Origin: Paramecium tetraurelia
Taxonomy: Eukaryota
DNA: 64,000 bases
Direction: 5' to 3'
Assembly: GCA_000165425.1 (NCBI GenBank)
Contig: CT868096.1
Span: 62,001 to 126,000, forward strand
Part shown: piece by piece, positions 39,891 through 53,686 of the stretch
Layout of the letters: every line of letters starts with the position of its first letter
Position numbering within the stretch: the first letter of the stretch is position 1
Program-made: the position numbers and the translations under genes
Notes under the pieces: model-generated
What the model was told of the DNA's origin: nothing
The model's input: only the letters and a program-made list of their open reading frames with translations
Database searches by the model: none

Positions 39891-42800
39891 TCACTCTTTT
39901 GTTGCTTTGGCATCTTTAGTTGTTTTACCATCTTTTGTAGTTTTGCCATCTTCTTCTTTATTTTTGTCTGCTATACCATCTGTTTCTATCTGGGAAAACT
40001 TACTTTTGCCACCTCTTACTAGAACACCTCTCTTTTTCTTGTTATTTAAATTATTCTAAATTTAATTATGTTAAAATTACTTCCCTTGTCAGATCTTGAA
40101 TATGTAAAGGATTTGGACCTTTATTACCAAGATCATAGTTCTTTTCCTCTTCTTTTTTGTTTTATTTTTATTTTCCATCTTTTCTTCTATGGTTTTCCTC
40201 CTTAAAAAGTATATCAATGATTCCTTTTATAGTTTCTTTGACACTATCTACTTCAGCGAAATTCATCATCTTATAAAACAAGAACTTATGGGATGGAATG
40301 CATTTATATCTAATTTCTAGTAAGAATTTCATGAAGTTCTAATAACTTGTAAATTCTTTCAATCTCTTATAAGTATGTGTAACTTCAAATATTAAATCGT
40401 GATCTAAAGCAATTTTCTTCTCAAAAATATAAATTCGAATGACATCCTAAAATAGGGCCTTAGTATCATCTGATTCATGTGCTGTTTCTTATTATTATAA
40501 TAAATTTAAAAAGGCTTTAAACATTGTAATATCATAAACATCTGGAAACTTGACACCATAATCAGCCCAAATTTTTAATGCATCTTCAAAATAGTTGACA
40601 TGAGATAAGAGCCAAAGTCTATAATCAAATATTTCATATTAATATCTGAATCTCTTAGCATCATTGATAACTAATCTTGCATCGTCGGGTAATTTGGAAT
40701 CCAATAATAATTAGGAAAACTTTCTTACGAACTCCTTAAGTTGGTCTTTCTATTATTATTTGTACTCAGTCATAATTTTATTGACTTCGACTGGATCTTA
40801 AGTGGGAATTTATCTAAGCTTTCTTCCCATTAATTAATCTTTCAAAGATTCATACAAAGACATATATCTATCTCTCTTATTCTAATTAATTAATCTCTAA
40901 AATATTGGCTATAATTCTTCAAACTTTAATTACCATTGATAAGCAAAATAGAATCCAATAATCAATTACTCAGCTTCTGCTTCAAAATGTTTAAATTAAT
41001 ATAATAGATGAACAATTTTTCTCATCTAAGTAAAATTGATAGTTATTTTAGTTGATAAAAATGCATAGAAGAACTCAGCACAAGTTTAAGGAATCTTATT
41101 ATTTTTTGTAATTTATGTAATCTTTTCAAATGTTGAATCATAGAGTACAGTCTCATAAAGACAATAATGAGCCAATATTCTCTTATATAACAATCTGTTG
41201 TAATTTCCTTCTTACAAAATAAAATCCAATAAATAATTGTATCCTTTTGACCCAATTGAGAATTGTGTACATGTCTAATTAATGTATTTACCATAATTCT
41301 TCTCAATATCTCCATATTAAGTTGTATATTTCACTCTAATCTTCTCATTCACTTCAATCTTATTCTTGACTTGACAAATGATTTATGCAAAGATTATTTT
41401 GGATTCTAAAGGTCTTTTAGCTTCCAAAGCTGAAATAAGTTCAGAGATCAAATAAAAATTATATCCATCTTGACTCTATTTGATTCCACTTAAAAATGTT
41501 TAGACATCTTCAACTAATTATTATCTTGTCTGATCTTCTTTGAATAGTTATGAAATCTAAAAATGAGCTTTAGCTCTTAAATCTGTATTGTACAATTAAT
41601 TATCAATTACATATTGCTCTTGTAATTAAGGTATAATTGGTTTCTCTTTTTCAAATTTTTCAAAGTTAAATTTATGGACTACTTCATTTGTATCGCTAAC
41701 TTTAGTTCTTCTAAATATCTATGGTTATTCCACTTTTTGGAACATATCAGATTACTTTTTCTATTCTTATCTGATTCTGATCAAACTATTAATTTATAAA
41801 TATGAATTATTACTTCTCACTATCTTCTGAAAATATTGATTTAAGTTATTATGCCTCTCCTCTCTCTAAAAAGATCTTTCCATGCTTTCTTGACTAATAA
41901 TTTTTTTTTTATTATAATTCCTCTTACTATTTAACTTCTAAGTCAATTGATTCAACAGATTTTAAATAATTCATGAAACCTGTTCCTTCATCTCTTGGGA
42001 ATTCCTCATACTTCTAAGTACAAAAGTGAGATCTTGGTTTTTGAACAAATTATTTCTGTCTATACTCTTTAATCAAAGGACGATTCTCAATAATTAAATT
42101 GTGTATCATTTTTGAGATTTTTGTGAAGGTCTTAACCCTTGCTAGTCTTAATTAATTATATTATCTTTTCTCCTCTGAGAAAGAAAAGATTTCTTCTTCC
42201 AAAGTCTTTTCTTAAGGTTATTCTTCACTTGCTGCTTCTTATGACTCTTATGGTTATTCTTAACCTCCTTCTGCAGGTGCTTTTTCTGTTTAGGTTTAAA
42301 CTGGACAAATAGTTTATAAAAGTGGTTGTATTTTCTAATTTTTTCTCAATTCTGTGTAAAGATCTAATAATTCTTTTGGTATATCTTATCTAGGTCTATA
42401 TTTTCTCAATTTTCTCTTTCTATAAATGAATTGTTTTGTTAGGTTATATTTTAGAAAGTTTTTAGTTTAGAGCTATTTCCTGTAAACTTATCTATGTGCA
42501 ACATCGACTATATTAGGTTTATAATCTTTATAGTTAAAAAGAGATGAGAGTTCTTTCTCTAATAATAATGGGGAGTTTTATAAAACAGCCTCCTTAATCG
42601 CATTTTATTTGAAATCATATGCGACTGTTTGATTTGAGTATATCAAATTGGTTGAACTTGGATTATAGCGAACTTAGAATTGTGAAACTTCAATGCATTT
42701 GCCTTTTAGGAATATCCCATCAAGATTTGTGTAATTTTATATAGTCATGGATTTTTCTTTGATTTAATAAAATTTATACGTGATTTTTATTGTTGATATT

Positions 42801-44199
42801 CAATAAGTCCCTTTTAGTACTACGAGTAATAGGTTTTTACATTTAAGTTTTAAAGGATCTAAGGTAATTCGTTTTCTAGATAAAATGTATATCTTTCCTC
42901 TCCCATAGTCTGTTTAAAACATTCTAAAATGTCTTTGATTGGGAAAGCATGTGCCAATCTTTATAACAACAAATATTATAAAGCAATACAAACGACTGCT
43001 TTGTCAAATGTTTCAGACCCAAAAAATAAATCTGCTAAATACAATTATAATTCTCTATTCAAATTAATCTTAAATTTGACATTAAGTAATGTAGCAAGTT
43101 GTTATTTCAAGGTTTCCTAATTTACTTAACCACCCCATTAGATATTTAAAATGCCCTTGAGAAAAGATTCATAGTTAAGCAACTTAGTGCTATTTTCATT
43201 AAAAAAGAAATATTGTATCAGTAATTGATCCTATTCAGGAACTTTCTTAAGGAATTTATCAAAATTTTCTTGGTTTTCAAAATATTATCCTTTGCTCTTT
43301 AATTCACAAAATCTGAGAATTGGTAAAAATTTATTGTTATTGTATTCTATCTCTTAGATAATTTGAGTAATATGCTCTGACTTTAAATACTTCTAATAGT
43401 GAAGGTAGAATTATTCAGGTAATTTATTAAGGTAAATCTAAAATTATGGTCTGCTAAAGATTAAAGTACTATTAATAACTATTAATAAATTACTTAAATT
43501 ATTCTTCCTTCATAAATGCATAAAGTCCGCTAGTAAAATGAGATTTCATATGCTCATAAACATTCGATGCTTAAAAGCTATCATGTGTCATAATGAGGTC
43601 TGTTAAAATGTAATTTTCAGAATCTCTTTATCTACGCTTTACTTTATCAAATAAATTTGGATTGTTGATGTATTTTTGCCCAGCAAGTTCTCTCCTAATT
43701 TATTATTCGATATTTTCTTTAGTTGGCTTGTATGGTCTTATTTTATTGGTAAAAATGTAATCCCTTTTGTATTTGAAGATCTTCTTTTCATGCAAAAATT
43801 CCCTAAAGATCTTCTATTTACTAGTCCTGCTAATACGAGAAAATTTAACAATTGGTTTCTGACCTTCTTATCCTTCTTCCCCTTCCTAAGTCTCAGGGAT
43901 TGCTTCTTCAACCTTTTACTTTTTAGGATTAATATATTAATTAATTTTCTTTATCATCTCTGCTCTGTTTGGTTTATACCTATAATAGTTAAATAGAACC
44001 CTTCTTAATAAAAAGTTGCCTTAATAGGAATGATAGTATTACTTTATTTTTCTCTATTGACTTCTTATTATTCTTCATAAGTATATCTAAGTCTTGTCTT
44101 CTTTTTTTCTGTATCTTAGTCCTCTGAAAACTCGTAAAAGCACCCTGTTGTGGGTAAATACCTCTAAAGGAGGGCCCGCTTTACATAGGTTTTAATCAT
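39891..44199 (-). CDS. Large (~1,400 aa) hypothetical protein, possibly mitochondrial
   Basis: N-terminus MIKTYVKRALLQRYLPTTGCF is basic with no acidic residues; long open frame with tiny introns; K/D/T-rich tail ending AKATKE*. Confidence 0.7.
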
Positions 44200-44298
44200 A
44201 AATAAATTAAAATTATTTATTAAAATGAATTTGATTTTTTATAGAGGATATATGTTTGAATATTGCTTTTTTTATTTTATACATATTCTTATTTATCA

Positions 44299-46105
44299 TC
44301 AATTATAATAATTCCAGATCTTCAATAAGAAATCGGCATCAGTGACTTTAATCTCCCCAACTGCATCAACCAATTTTTAGGTATCTTGTTTCATTTTAGA
44401 ATACTCTTATGGAACGTCTAAATTATTAAGGATATGTTTGTAAGTTTGGGCAGTGATTGTGGTGTTGAATTTTTAAACATCTGGGTTAAGAAGGATATTC
44501 TATTCTCCTTATTTTCTAAGACTGTAAATAGCTTTCTAAGGGGAATAAATAAGATGATATTACTAATTCATAATAATGATTTTCGATATCTTCAACATTT
44601 TTGAAATCAAGATAAGGAGTCTTGGTTTCGTCATTGAGAACTTCAGAAGGGAACAGTTATTCCAAATCTACTCCTTCGAAAACTGATCTAGCATCAGGAA
44701 CATTAGGAGCATTTAGATTGTCATTATAAAATACTTTTTGATGAGGATTCTTTCTGTAGTTAGATTCGAATTCAAGGTTGGAATCCTTGGCTTTTGCTTC
44801 AGCTTTAGCAAATAATTCTTCAACTAATTTAGAAAACTCTTTGTCCTTATCCTTGATTCTTTCAGTATCAAAGTTATATGATTTTGTGGTTCTGCCACCA
44901 TAAATGTCTTTGGTTTCCTTCTTTTTCTATAGATTTTCCAAATCAATATCTTCACTGTCTGTATGTGTTTCATCAGCACTGATATATTTATCGTCTTTTT
45001 CTTCCTTGCTTTTAATCTCCTTGCCATTGAACTTCTCAATGAGACTATTGTCAGAGGTGACCATATAATCTTTTCCACCTTCTGTTTCAAATAAATTAAT
45101 TTAGGCTTTGGCTGCTTACATAATTTATTGAGCAGTTGAGTTATCCATTTTAACTATGGTGATGTATTTATCCCATAATTCAAGGAGATTGTATAATCTT
45201 ATAAGTTATTTATTCATTTCTTCTAATCGTTTGACTGGGTTTTATTCAAGTTCTTCTATCTTTTATGCAATGACAGTTTAAAATGCACCATTGACTTTAT
45301 CTAATTGTTCAGCCATTTCTTTTTCGCTTAATTTTTTGTCAGTCAAAATGATTGCTTAACATGTATCCCATTCAAATTTTAAATTTCCTAAGACATTATC
45401 TTATTTTAAGAATTTGATTAAGGTCACAATTCTTTGATATAATGGCATACCAAGTCTATTCTTCCATTCTAACTAGATATTTGGATCATTCAATCTAATT
45501 AATTAAACGTATTGATTACTTATCAATTTCTTCATATTAAGCAGTTTCAAAAAGAATTGCTTTCTCTTACAAATCATGATAATATGATATTTCATCTAGA
45601 ACAGTATCAGGAATTAATAGATTTCCTACAAACTTTTCATATGAGTTTTTATCTGAAATCCAATTTTTGGATTCTTCATTTAATACTCTGATTATTTATT
45701 GCCTATTCATTTTTTTAATGTCTTATTCAACAAGATATTTCTTGACTCTTTCATTCCTGACTCTTCTGATGTCTTGTAACTTATTGAATTATTATGTTGC
45801 ATTAAATGTTTAGATTACTGTCTGATTTCTTCTATAAATATCAAGTCTCTCTTATTTCGCTTTTTCTTTTGCCAAATAGTCGTCGATATATTGATTTTCA
45901 ATTTTGGTTTATTCTTCCCAAAAGTCCTTGACGATTCTTGACCTATACTTTGATATCACCAATTTCCTACCTAATTCATTAAATGCTTATATTCAATCCT
46001 TTCCTTGTCATATTCTGACATCTTCGGGGCGGGCCTTCTTAATTTATAATTAAACGAAGGAACACACACTAACTGTCTCTTTCCTACCCTAATTAATTGT
46101 AGCAT
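44299..46105 (-). CDS. Putative mitochondrial protein, mS26-like N-terminal region
   Basis: Presequence-like MLQLIRVGKRQLVCVPSFNYKLRR; long charged helix ending LNEESKNWISDKN, reminiscent of the mitoribosomal mS26 'E.KNFIT.EN' motif; needs a 23-nt intron at ~45948-45970. Confidence 0.6.
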
Positions 46106-46132
46106 ATTAAATATTTTAATTTTATTTTAATA

Positions 46133-47556
46133 TCAGGATTTAAATATATCATAAAATTATACAATTAAATTGTATATTCCAATTCCCATTATCAAAGCAT
46201 AGAATGCAATTCTAGCAAACATAGGAATCGAATTCTTATCTTTATGATTCACGCACTTTACCTGAGTATCAAATTCATCCTCCTCATCCCCTATCAAAGT
46301 AACCTTATTCTGAGTTTAATAACATTTCAGATGTAAACTGATTGGAACTATGTAGACCAATAAGAATCCACAAACTGCTCCATCAAAGGAGATCACAAGT
46401 CCAACTGGAATGTTCAACAGTTGGATTGTTAAACACAGCACCATAAACAAAATGCTGAATCCCCAATAAACAACTTTAGGTGGTTCCCTCTTATGATATA
46501 GCACTTCCAAAATCTAGTACTTGCTGATGTTATTAAATATCGGAAAAGCCGTGACCAAATGTACCAAAAATAAACTCTCTATAATGATTATTTCCACATC
46601 TGATTTCTTAAAACAGTTCAGGATAGTCTAGGCTTCACCTATGTTTTCCAAACCCTAAATAAATTTGATGTATTACCAGAATCCCAATGGAACCAAAGAT
46701 TCCCACTATCCCATAGATTATCCCTGCAATCATGTAAGCTATAGCCAAATCTCTAGAATTGTTGTCTCTCTTTTCATTATTTTTCATTAATTATCCTACT
46801 GCATTGTGAATCATAAAGGCCAAAGCAAATTATCCAGCTGGCTAACTGAAATCCCAAGACCACAATGTTATTTAATCAAATTTTTATGAAATATCTTCGC
46901 TTGTCAGATTGACTATAAAAATATAAATAATAAAAATTCCATATGCAAATAATGCAATTACTCCATAATGAGCTATTTTAACGATCGTTGTAATATCCTT
47001 AATTAACAGTAATGTTGATAGTGGAAGAAAGACTATCAAAGCCTACCATTAAATTGAATACCTTTGTGGTTATAAGTTATAAATACATGTTAAATACAAA
47101 TTTTTCACTTGCATCTGCAAACTCAATATTGTTGTAGCTTAAAATATATGTTATGATTGGGTATAAAGTTAGATTAATTAATTAAAAGTAAATTATACCA
47201 ACAATGAACAATAGAGTTCCAGAACAAAATCTAAAAGCCTGCATCCACGGCTTCCCCAAAATTCTCTTGATCATATGTTCAGTATCTATTTCATCATCCT
47301 TGAGATGAAGTATAAGAAGAGAACAAGTATTGTATTGAACAAATCCCAATATAATCATTATCACAGTGCAAGATATCACTCCATAATTCAAAAATACCAA
47401 AGGCAATACTAAACACAACGATCCAACCATTGAATTTACTATCCCAACAACTGTCTATAGACTTGATTAAGTTTTGTCAGGTCTTTGGATTGCTAACATT
47501 GAGAGAACACTCGAGCTTTTTGAAGCATTCCGGTGCTTGATTGAAGTTTCTTCCAT
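46133..47556 (-). CDS. Amino acid transporter, SLC38A9-like (Aa_trans family)
   Basis: QSSLQTVVGIVNSMVGSLCLVLP, LAFMIHNAV, NSRDLAIAY, GAVCGFLLVYIVP, C-terminal NLIVQF as recalled for SLC38A9. Confidence 0.85.
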
Positions 47557-48269
47557 TTAAATATAATTTATAATTAACAATTGCCAAAATAAAATCTTTT
47601 TATAATGGTACTCGTGATGTAAACATTGGTTTATAATGATGAAGTCTTCATAAGTTGTAATAATAATTTAAGGATTAATTAATATATTCATTAATTTAAA
47701 CGCATCATTATAATAAATATTATATATACACCATTAAGATATTTTGAGGCAGTATAATTTACAATGAACAATTAAGAAATCGTCATTTTCTACATAAATT
47801 CACTTTATATTAATAAATTTATTCAACACAAATAAGCCTCAAACTCCAATTTCTAATCTTCCTTATCATAGCAATCTGTAGGCCTTGAATAAGTTATATA
47901 TTTTGATAAATAAAAAAATCACAAAAAAGTCAAATTTACATAAAAATTATACTAACGAATTTTCTTATTTTAATTAATTTTTTTGAGCATCTATATATGT
48001 CTTATTTTATAGTATAAATACATTTAAACTTACAGATTCATATTTGTGAATTATTTAACCCTTTAAATTAAATATATTCACAAATTTTCTGTTGTTCATA
48101 GTTTTTAAAATACTAACCACCTTCACTATTTTATAGATTGAAAGTATAATAATATAACGAATATATGGTAGAAACCAATTGCTCGTTATCTCCAAAAAAT
48201 AAATAAATCGTAAAAGTGATATTTATGATAGAACTAAACATTATAAATAATAATATTAATTTGTTGTAA

Positions 48270-49933
48270 ATGCTTATTAATTCAACGAGTTAACGAAAAC
48301 TAAAACAAAACAGCCTTTCCCAATTTAGAAGCCCAATAATTATTCCGACTAGTTAACGCATTTCTCCAGTTACTTCTGGATTAAATAGTTTGAAAAACTT
48401 ACATAGTCATAAGGGATCTTAGATTGATATCAATAACCTAACTCGAATAGTCAAACCTACAAAATTAAGCGAAGTATTTGATTATAATATGTTAGTCAGT
48501 GAATAATTTATAAATTTAAGTTTGGCTTGCCAAAGCTAAGGAGAATATAAAAGTAACAGCTGATACTAAATTACAATTACCTAAAAAACATATTAAATTT
48601 CCAAGTTAATAGTTTATGAACTTTAAAGAGATTGTTCATACATCAATTAGCCCTAAACTGAATAGAGAAATTTTGTTTAGCAAAAGTGCTTTTAATTTTG
48701 AGTTCGTCATTGGAATAGGTGGTTTTGGAAAAGTCTGGAAAGTTCAACATAAAAAGACAAGCTTGACATTTGCAATGAAGGAGATGTCTAAGGCATTGTA
48801 TTATATTGATTAAATGTAGAATTGTTACAAAGAAAAGTGTACATTCTGTAATGAATGAAAGACAATTATTAAGTTAGTTAAAGAATTCTTTTATAGTTAA
48901 CATGAACTATGCTTATCAAGATAGAGAAAATCTTTATTTAGTAATGGATTACATGAAAGGCGGAGACTTAAGATACCACATCGGGAAGATGAGAAGATTT
49001 AATGAACAATCCACAAGTATCTTCAAAATCAATAAATAGAATTTTTCATTGCTTGTATTTTATTGGGATTAGAGTACATTCATTCGAATAAGATTATTCA
49101 TAGAGATATTAAACCAGAAAACTTGGTTCTTGATGAAAAAGGCTATGTTCATATCACAGATTTTGGAATTGCCAGAATTGCAAAGACTGAAAATAATACT
49201 GACACAAGTGGAACACCAGGCTATATGGGTATTTCAATCGTAATATAATACATTAGCTCCTGAAGTAATGTGTAGATAAAATCACACCTATGCCGTTGAT
49301 TACTTTGCCTTAGGAGTTATTGCTTATGAATTCATGCTAGGAAGAGTAGAATATATTTTGTATTTTAGAGACCTTATTTGGGAAGATCTAGATAAGAAAT
49401 TAGAGATTAAATCCTAGCTAAGTAGGTCTAGATAAGGAAAAGTGAAGTACCAGACGATTGGTCTTTGGATGCAGTTGATTTTATAAATTAGGTATGCAAT
49501 AATTATTATTTAGCTTTTATAACGAAAACCTCAAAATCGTTTAGGATATTCAGGTAGCCAAGAAATCAAAGATCATCCTTGGTTTGCTTAATTCCCTTGG
49601 GATAAATTGTAAAATAAGACTTTAACTCCTCCTTTTATTCCTAATGTATTATAACACAATTCAATTTAGGCAACTGAAGATAACTTTGATCAAAAGCAAA
49701 TTATATTGGAAGATGAAGAGAACAATGAATTGATTTAATCAAATATTGTCTTATTAAGAGATTAAAGCATACAAGGTAAAAAAATAAATAGGTTTTTAGA
49801 TCAATTCTAAGGATATGAATTTTATTATCATGCTAATTCCTCATCAACAGAATAATCATCTGGTTCTTCTACCAAACACAGTCGCAATCTGAGTGAAAGG
49901 ATATAGTTTGCTGATAAAAGGAAAATAATATGA
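48270..49933 (+). CDS. AGC-group Ser/Thr protein kinase
   Basis: [56 protein letters not shown]...PPFIP AGC tail; about 8 tiny introns. Confidence 0.93.
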
Positions 49934-50099
49934 TCAAATTTTAGTTTAAATACTGCAAATTTTGCATAATTCTATATTTATTTGAAATCTTAATCTCTCA
50001 AATATATTTATATAATCAATAAATCCCTTTGATCAAATTAAATATATTATTTATAATAAATAACAAATATTTCTATTGCCATATAATAACTAACTATCT

Positions 50100-51650
50100 T
50101 AAATCATTAAAATTTTAGAAATTTCACTAATCTACCTAAAAACTGGAGATTTAAATTAGGATATCACCACTCATTTTCTATTTGTTGATGTATAATTACT
50201 CAATTTAAATCCTATTCTAAATGTTCATCCTGGTGAATAAAACTTGTTCTCTCTATTAATATTATAAATTTTAGGTGAAATCTCTGAAAGATTTGTCTTA
50301 CTATCTTAAAATTAAATCTGCCTTCTTAGCTTCATTTTAATATATCAATAATAAAAATTTGAATTATCTTGAAAGGAAAGAGTAATATATTGGAAAAGGA
50401 TTTATTTATTGGAACATCCTAGAATAGTTTAGGTGATAAATCAGTTATATTTAGGAGAATGGATCAAAGAGTACTTTTTTGATATTTTTAATCATTTAAA
50501 CGTATATATTGAAATAATAATTATTTGTTTATGTGTTACATTTTAGTTAAATGTTTAAGAAATTAAAATTGATCTAAATTAAGTTTGCTGTATTGTCAAT
50601 ATAATTATTTTGAAGTAGATTAACTGAAAGTCTATGGATTAACTTAACTTGATAAGTTTAGCATTAACTACTAAAAAATTGATAAATGAAGTTTAGATTA
50701 TTCTTTTCATCAATAAGGGAAGCAATAAAATATCACTATAGAAACCATCAAAAATGTGACAAGATTTAAATTTTTTCTATTCTCATTCTAGTCCTTAATA
50801 TTTTATGTATATATTATCATAGTAAGGGCAAAATAGGATATGCAGCTTTTCTCTAACATAGGTGATCCATCAAATAACTCGCTATTAATGATAATTTAAG
50901 AATATCTAATTTTTTATATAAATTAATCTTCTTAATATTGAAAAACCCACCCATATTTTAAGAAATACAATCATAATTCTTAATTTTGATTTAATATCAT
51001 AATTCAATAGATCATACTAAATCAGTTCCAAATGAATTCATTCTTGAAAGAATAAGTTTCTAATTCTTGGCTCTTTTTTATTAAATTCAAAATATAAATC
51101 TTTAACATTTATTAAAAATTAAATGCCGCAATTATTAAGTATTATTATTTATAGTAAAAAGAATTGTTTTGGCTTGAATAGAATAATAGTTAACTAAGAA
51201 TTCATAAACAAAAGTACAAAATTTAAAAAGAAATCCTAATCTAGCCTCATCTTTTGATATTGAAAATTCATAAATTTAAATATTTGATTAAGGAAGATGC
51301 AAAAGGTAATCCAAATTTAATTATTTTACCAGGTTCAATCATTATTGATATACAATTTTTAAGAATTCCTACAAAAAAAGTCAAATTAAAAAATTTTTTC
51401 TATTTAATTAGAGCCCATAAGCATGACTCCTACTGCAGCTATAAATTAAAAAGAACTGTCAAATAAAACTCAACGATAATACTCCTGCCTAATTAAGAAG
51501 ATAGATTCAATGAAGAATTCGATCATAATCTATCAATCATTGAAAATGAATTAATAATCAATATCTAAATTTAAAATCTTATTCACTATCAGTTTAGTAA
51601 ATTTTGAACCAAATGGAATAGTTGGAGGATTTTGTCACACAATTATATTA
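50100..51650 (+). pseudogene. Probable decayed gene remnant(s)
   Basis: Coding-like patches (VDVQLLNLNPILNVHPGEQ; FFSSIREAIKYHYRNH...IFSILILVLNILCIL) are repeatedly broken by TGA and frame changes; the stretch is far longer than neighbouring intergenic spacers. Confidence 0.35.
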
Positions 51651-51746
51651 TAATTAATATTATTATTACGCACTAATTAAATCAAATGATTTACCTTATA
51701 ATATAAATATCATTAAAGGGTGTTTTTGAATTTCATTAAATAAATT

Positions 51747-52340
51747 ATGAATTTTAGTGATAAACTAAAACAACCAGATCCTTAAACGTGGGAGTTGCTT
51801 TAATTATACTATAAATTGTTTAATTATTTAGAGTAATGTCCTGACTCACCTAAAAGAAATCAAGAAAGAACAAATTAGGAAAATTAAAGTAATTTATAAA
51901 ATACACCTTCTATGTTATTTCTCTCACCCTCTGAAGATTAACTTTCTAATCCTACACAAAAATAGAAACATCAATGGAGTAAAAAAGTGGAAGGTAAAGG
52001 AACTAAAAAAGGTAATGTTATTATTGAAGATTCAAATCAAGGAACCCGTGTCTATGTATGTGGTATGTGCGGAGAAGAATTTGAAAAATCTTAATAATTA
52101 GGTAAACATTATTAAGATATGAATAAACTTCTAAAAATTAAAGATTAAAATATTTCAAACATTCATAAAATCAAACATGATAAAATGTGTCTAACTGAAG
52201 AGTTTGATATTTAAAACTCTTGTTACAGCTAAGATGAAGGAACTATTCAAAGGGATATTTAAAACTTTTGTAACAGCTAAGATGAAGGAATTTATCAAAG
52301 GGAAGACCAATCTATGTTCCTTAACCTTCAAGATTAATGA
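51747..52340 (+). CDS. Small protein with a single degenerate C2H2-like zinc finger
   Basis: Intronless 197-aa ORF containing YVCGMCGEEFEKSQQLGKH. Confidence 0.75.
52206..52301 (+). repeat. 48-nt in-frame tandem duplication
   Basis: gatatttaaaactcttgttacagctaagatgaaggaactattcaaagg is followed by gatatttaaaacttttgtaacagctaagatgaaggaatttatcaaagg. Confidence 0.9.
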
Positions 52341-53686
52341 AAGCATATTCATTGACATTATTATAAATTTAAAATTTTAATCCATAACTTCTATGTTTTA
52401 AACTTAATTTTTCTTCTAACTTATAAATTATTTTTTAATTTATAATTATTCTAATTAAACCCTATTAAATATTAAAGAAAGAATTTCATTCTTTAGGTTG
52501 TTTAAAATGAAAGAAATATTGATTAAAGTCTTTTGATGATTTAAATTTAAGACATAAGTATTTTATAAATTAACTTTGTTACTAATATCATTGAATTTAT
52601 GTAAATGTTAGTTTATTAGATTTCAATTAAACTCTATTTTTCAATTTGGTTATTATTTTAAAGACAGAACCAAGATTTATGATAATTTTTTTTGGATAAT
52701 AGATATTTGATTGAAATTAAGATATTATTCTATAATTTTATTGTTTTTTCTATTACATTCTTTAAATTCAAATTTGTAATTTATTAAATCAGAATATTTT
52801 TTGATAATTATTAATGACTACAATGATTCTTTAAAATAAATATCAATTAAGTTGTAAAATAAATGCCTTCTATTGAAAATGAATTGTATTATATACAATA
52901 ATTTATATCTAAAGTAACTTTAACAATTTTCATGTGTACAACCAAAATAGCATCTTAATTGTTATCAAATTCAAGAGTTGACTACAAAGGATGTCTAATT
53001 CTTCAGAAAAAATAGTCATATTCATTTTTTAGATTGCTCAATCCTATTTTAAAAATATAATTTTTTTATTAACAGCGAGGATATCCAAAAGTACTAAGCG
53101 ATTGCATGTTTCGGATGCATTTATTGAATACTTCACAATTTAATCATAGCTAAGGCTCTCAGAACTTAGGTATTTAGAAAAATGTTTGAGTTGGGCAAAA
53201 TAATGAAGGAATTCATATAAGAGCCCTGCGAATTTCAAATCGAATACTCTATATTTTAAGTGTTGGATTAGCAATAGGATCTGATATAATAAAATTAGGG
53301 AACTTGATAATAGTTTTATTATTTTAAGTAAAATAAAATATAAATTTTCAAAAAGATAAAGATAAAGATCACTTTACTTTTAAAGATTATTGATTTGAAT
53401 TTAGAGATCAAAAATATGAGTACACTATGGTGACTTTATTTATTATCAAAGTTTCTTTTTTAAAATAAAAAGTTCACTAATAATATGAATATGAATTAAA
53501 TAAACTCATTTAATTTTGAGTTCTTCAACAATTAACTTTTTGTCTCTCTCTTTATTTAATTTAGTGATCAATTCTTCAGTTTAATTAACCAATATAGAAT
53601 TAATGAAATATAAATGAATACCTTATTATTCTATTTTTCATTTTATTTATAGGTATTATATAGAACAAATATAGATCACACATTTT

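Noticed and set aside
43676..43996. Hydrophobic 106-aa + strand ORF
   Set aside because: Antisense of a K/E-rich part of the minus-strand gene.
45948..45970. Apparent in-frame TGA near the start of the mS26-like gene (readthrough or selenocysteine?)
   Set aside because: Removed by a 23-nt GT..AG intron that restores the frame.
52224..52280. TACAGCTA matching the IES end consensus TAYAGYNR
   Set aside because: No matching inverted end, and the ORF is uninterrupted; explained by the coding tandem duplication.
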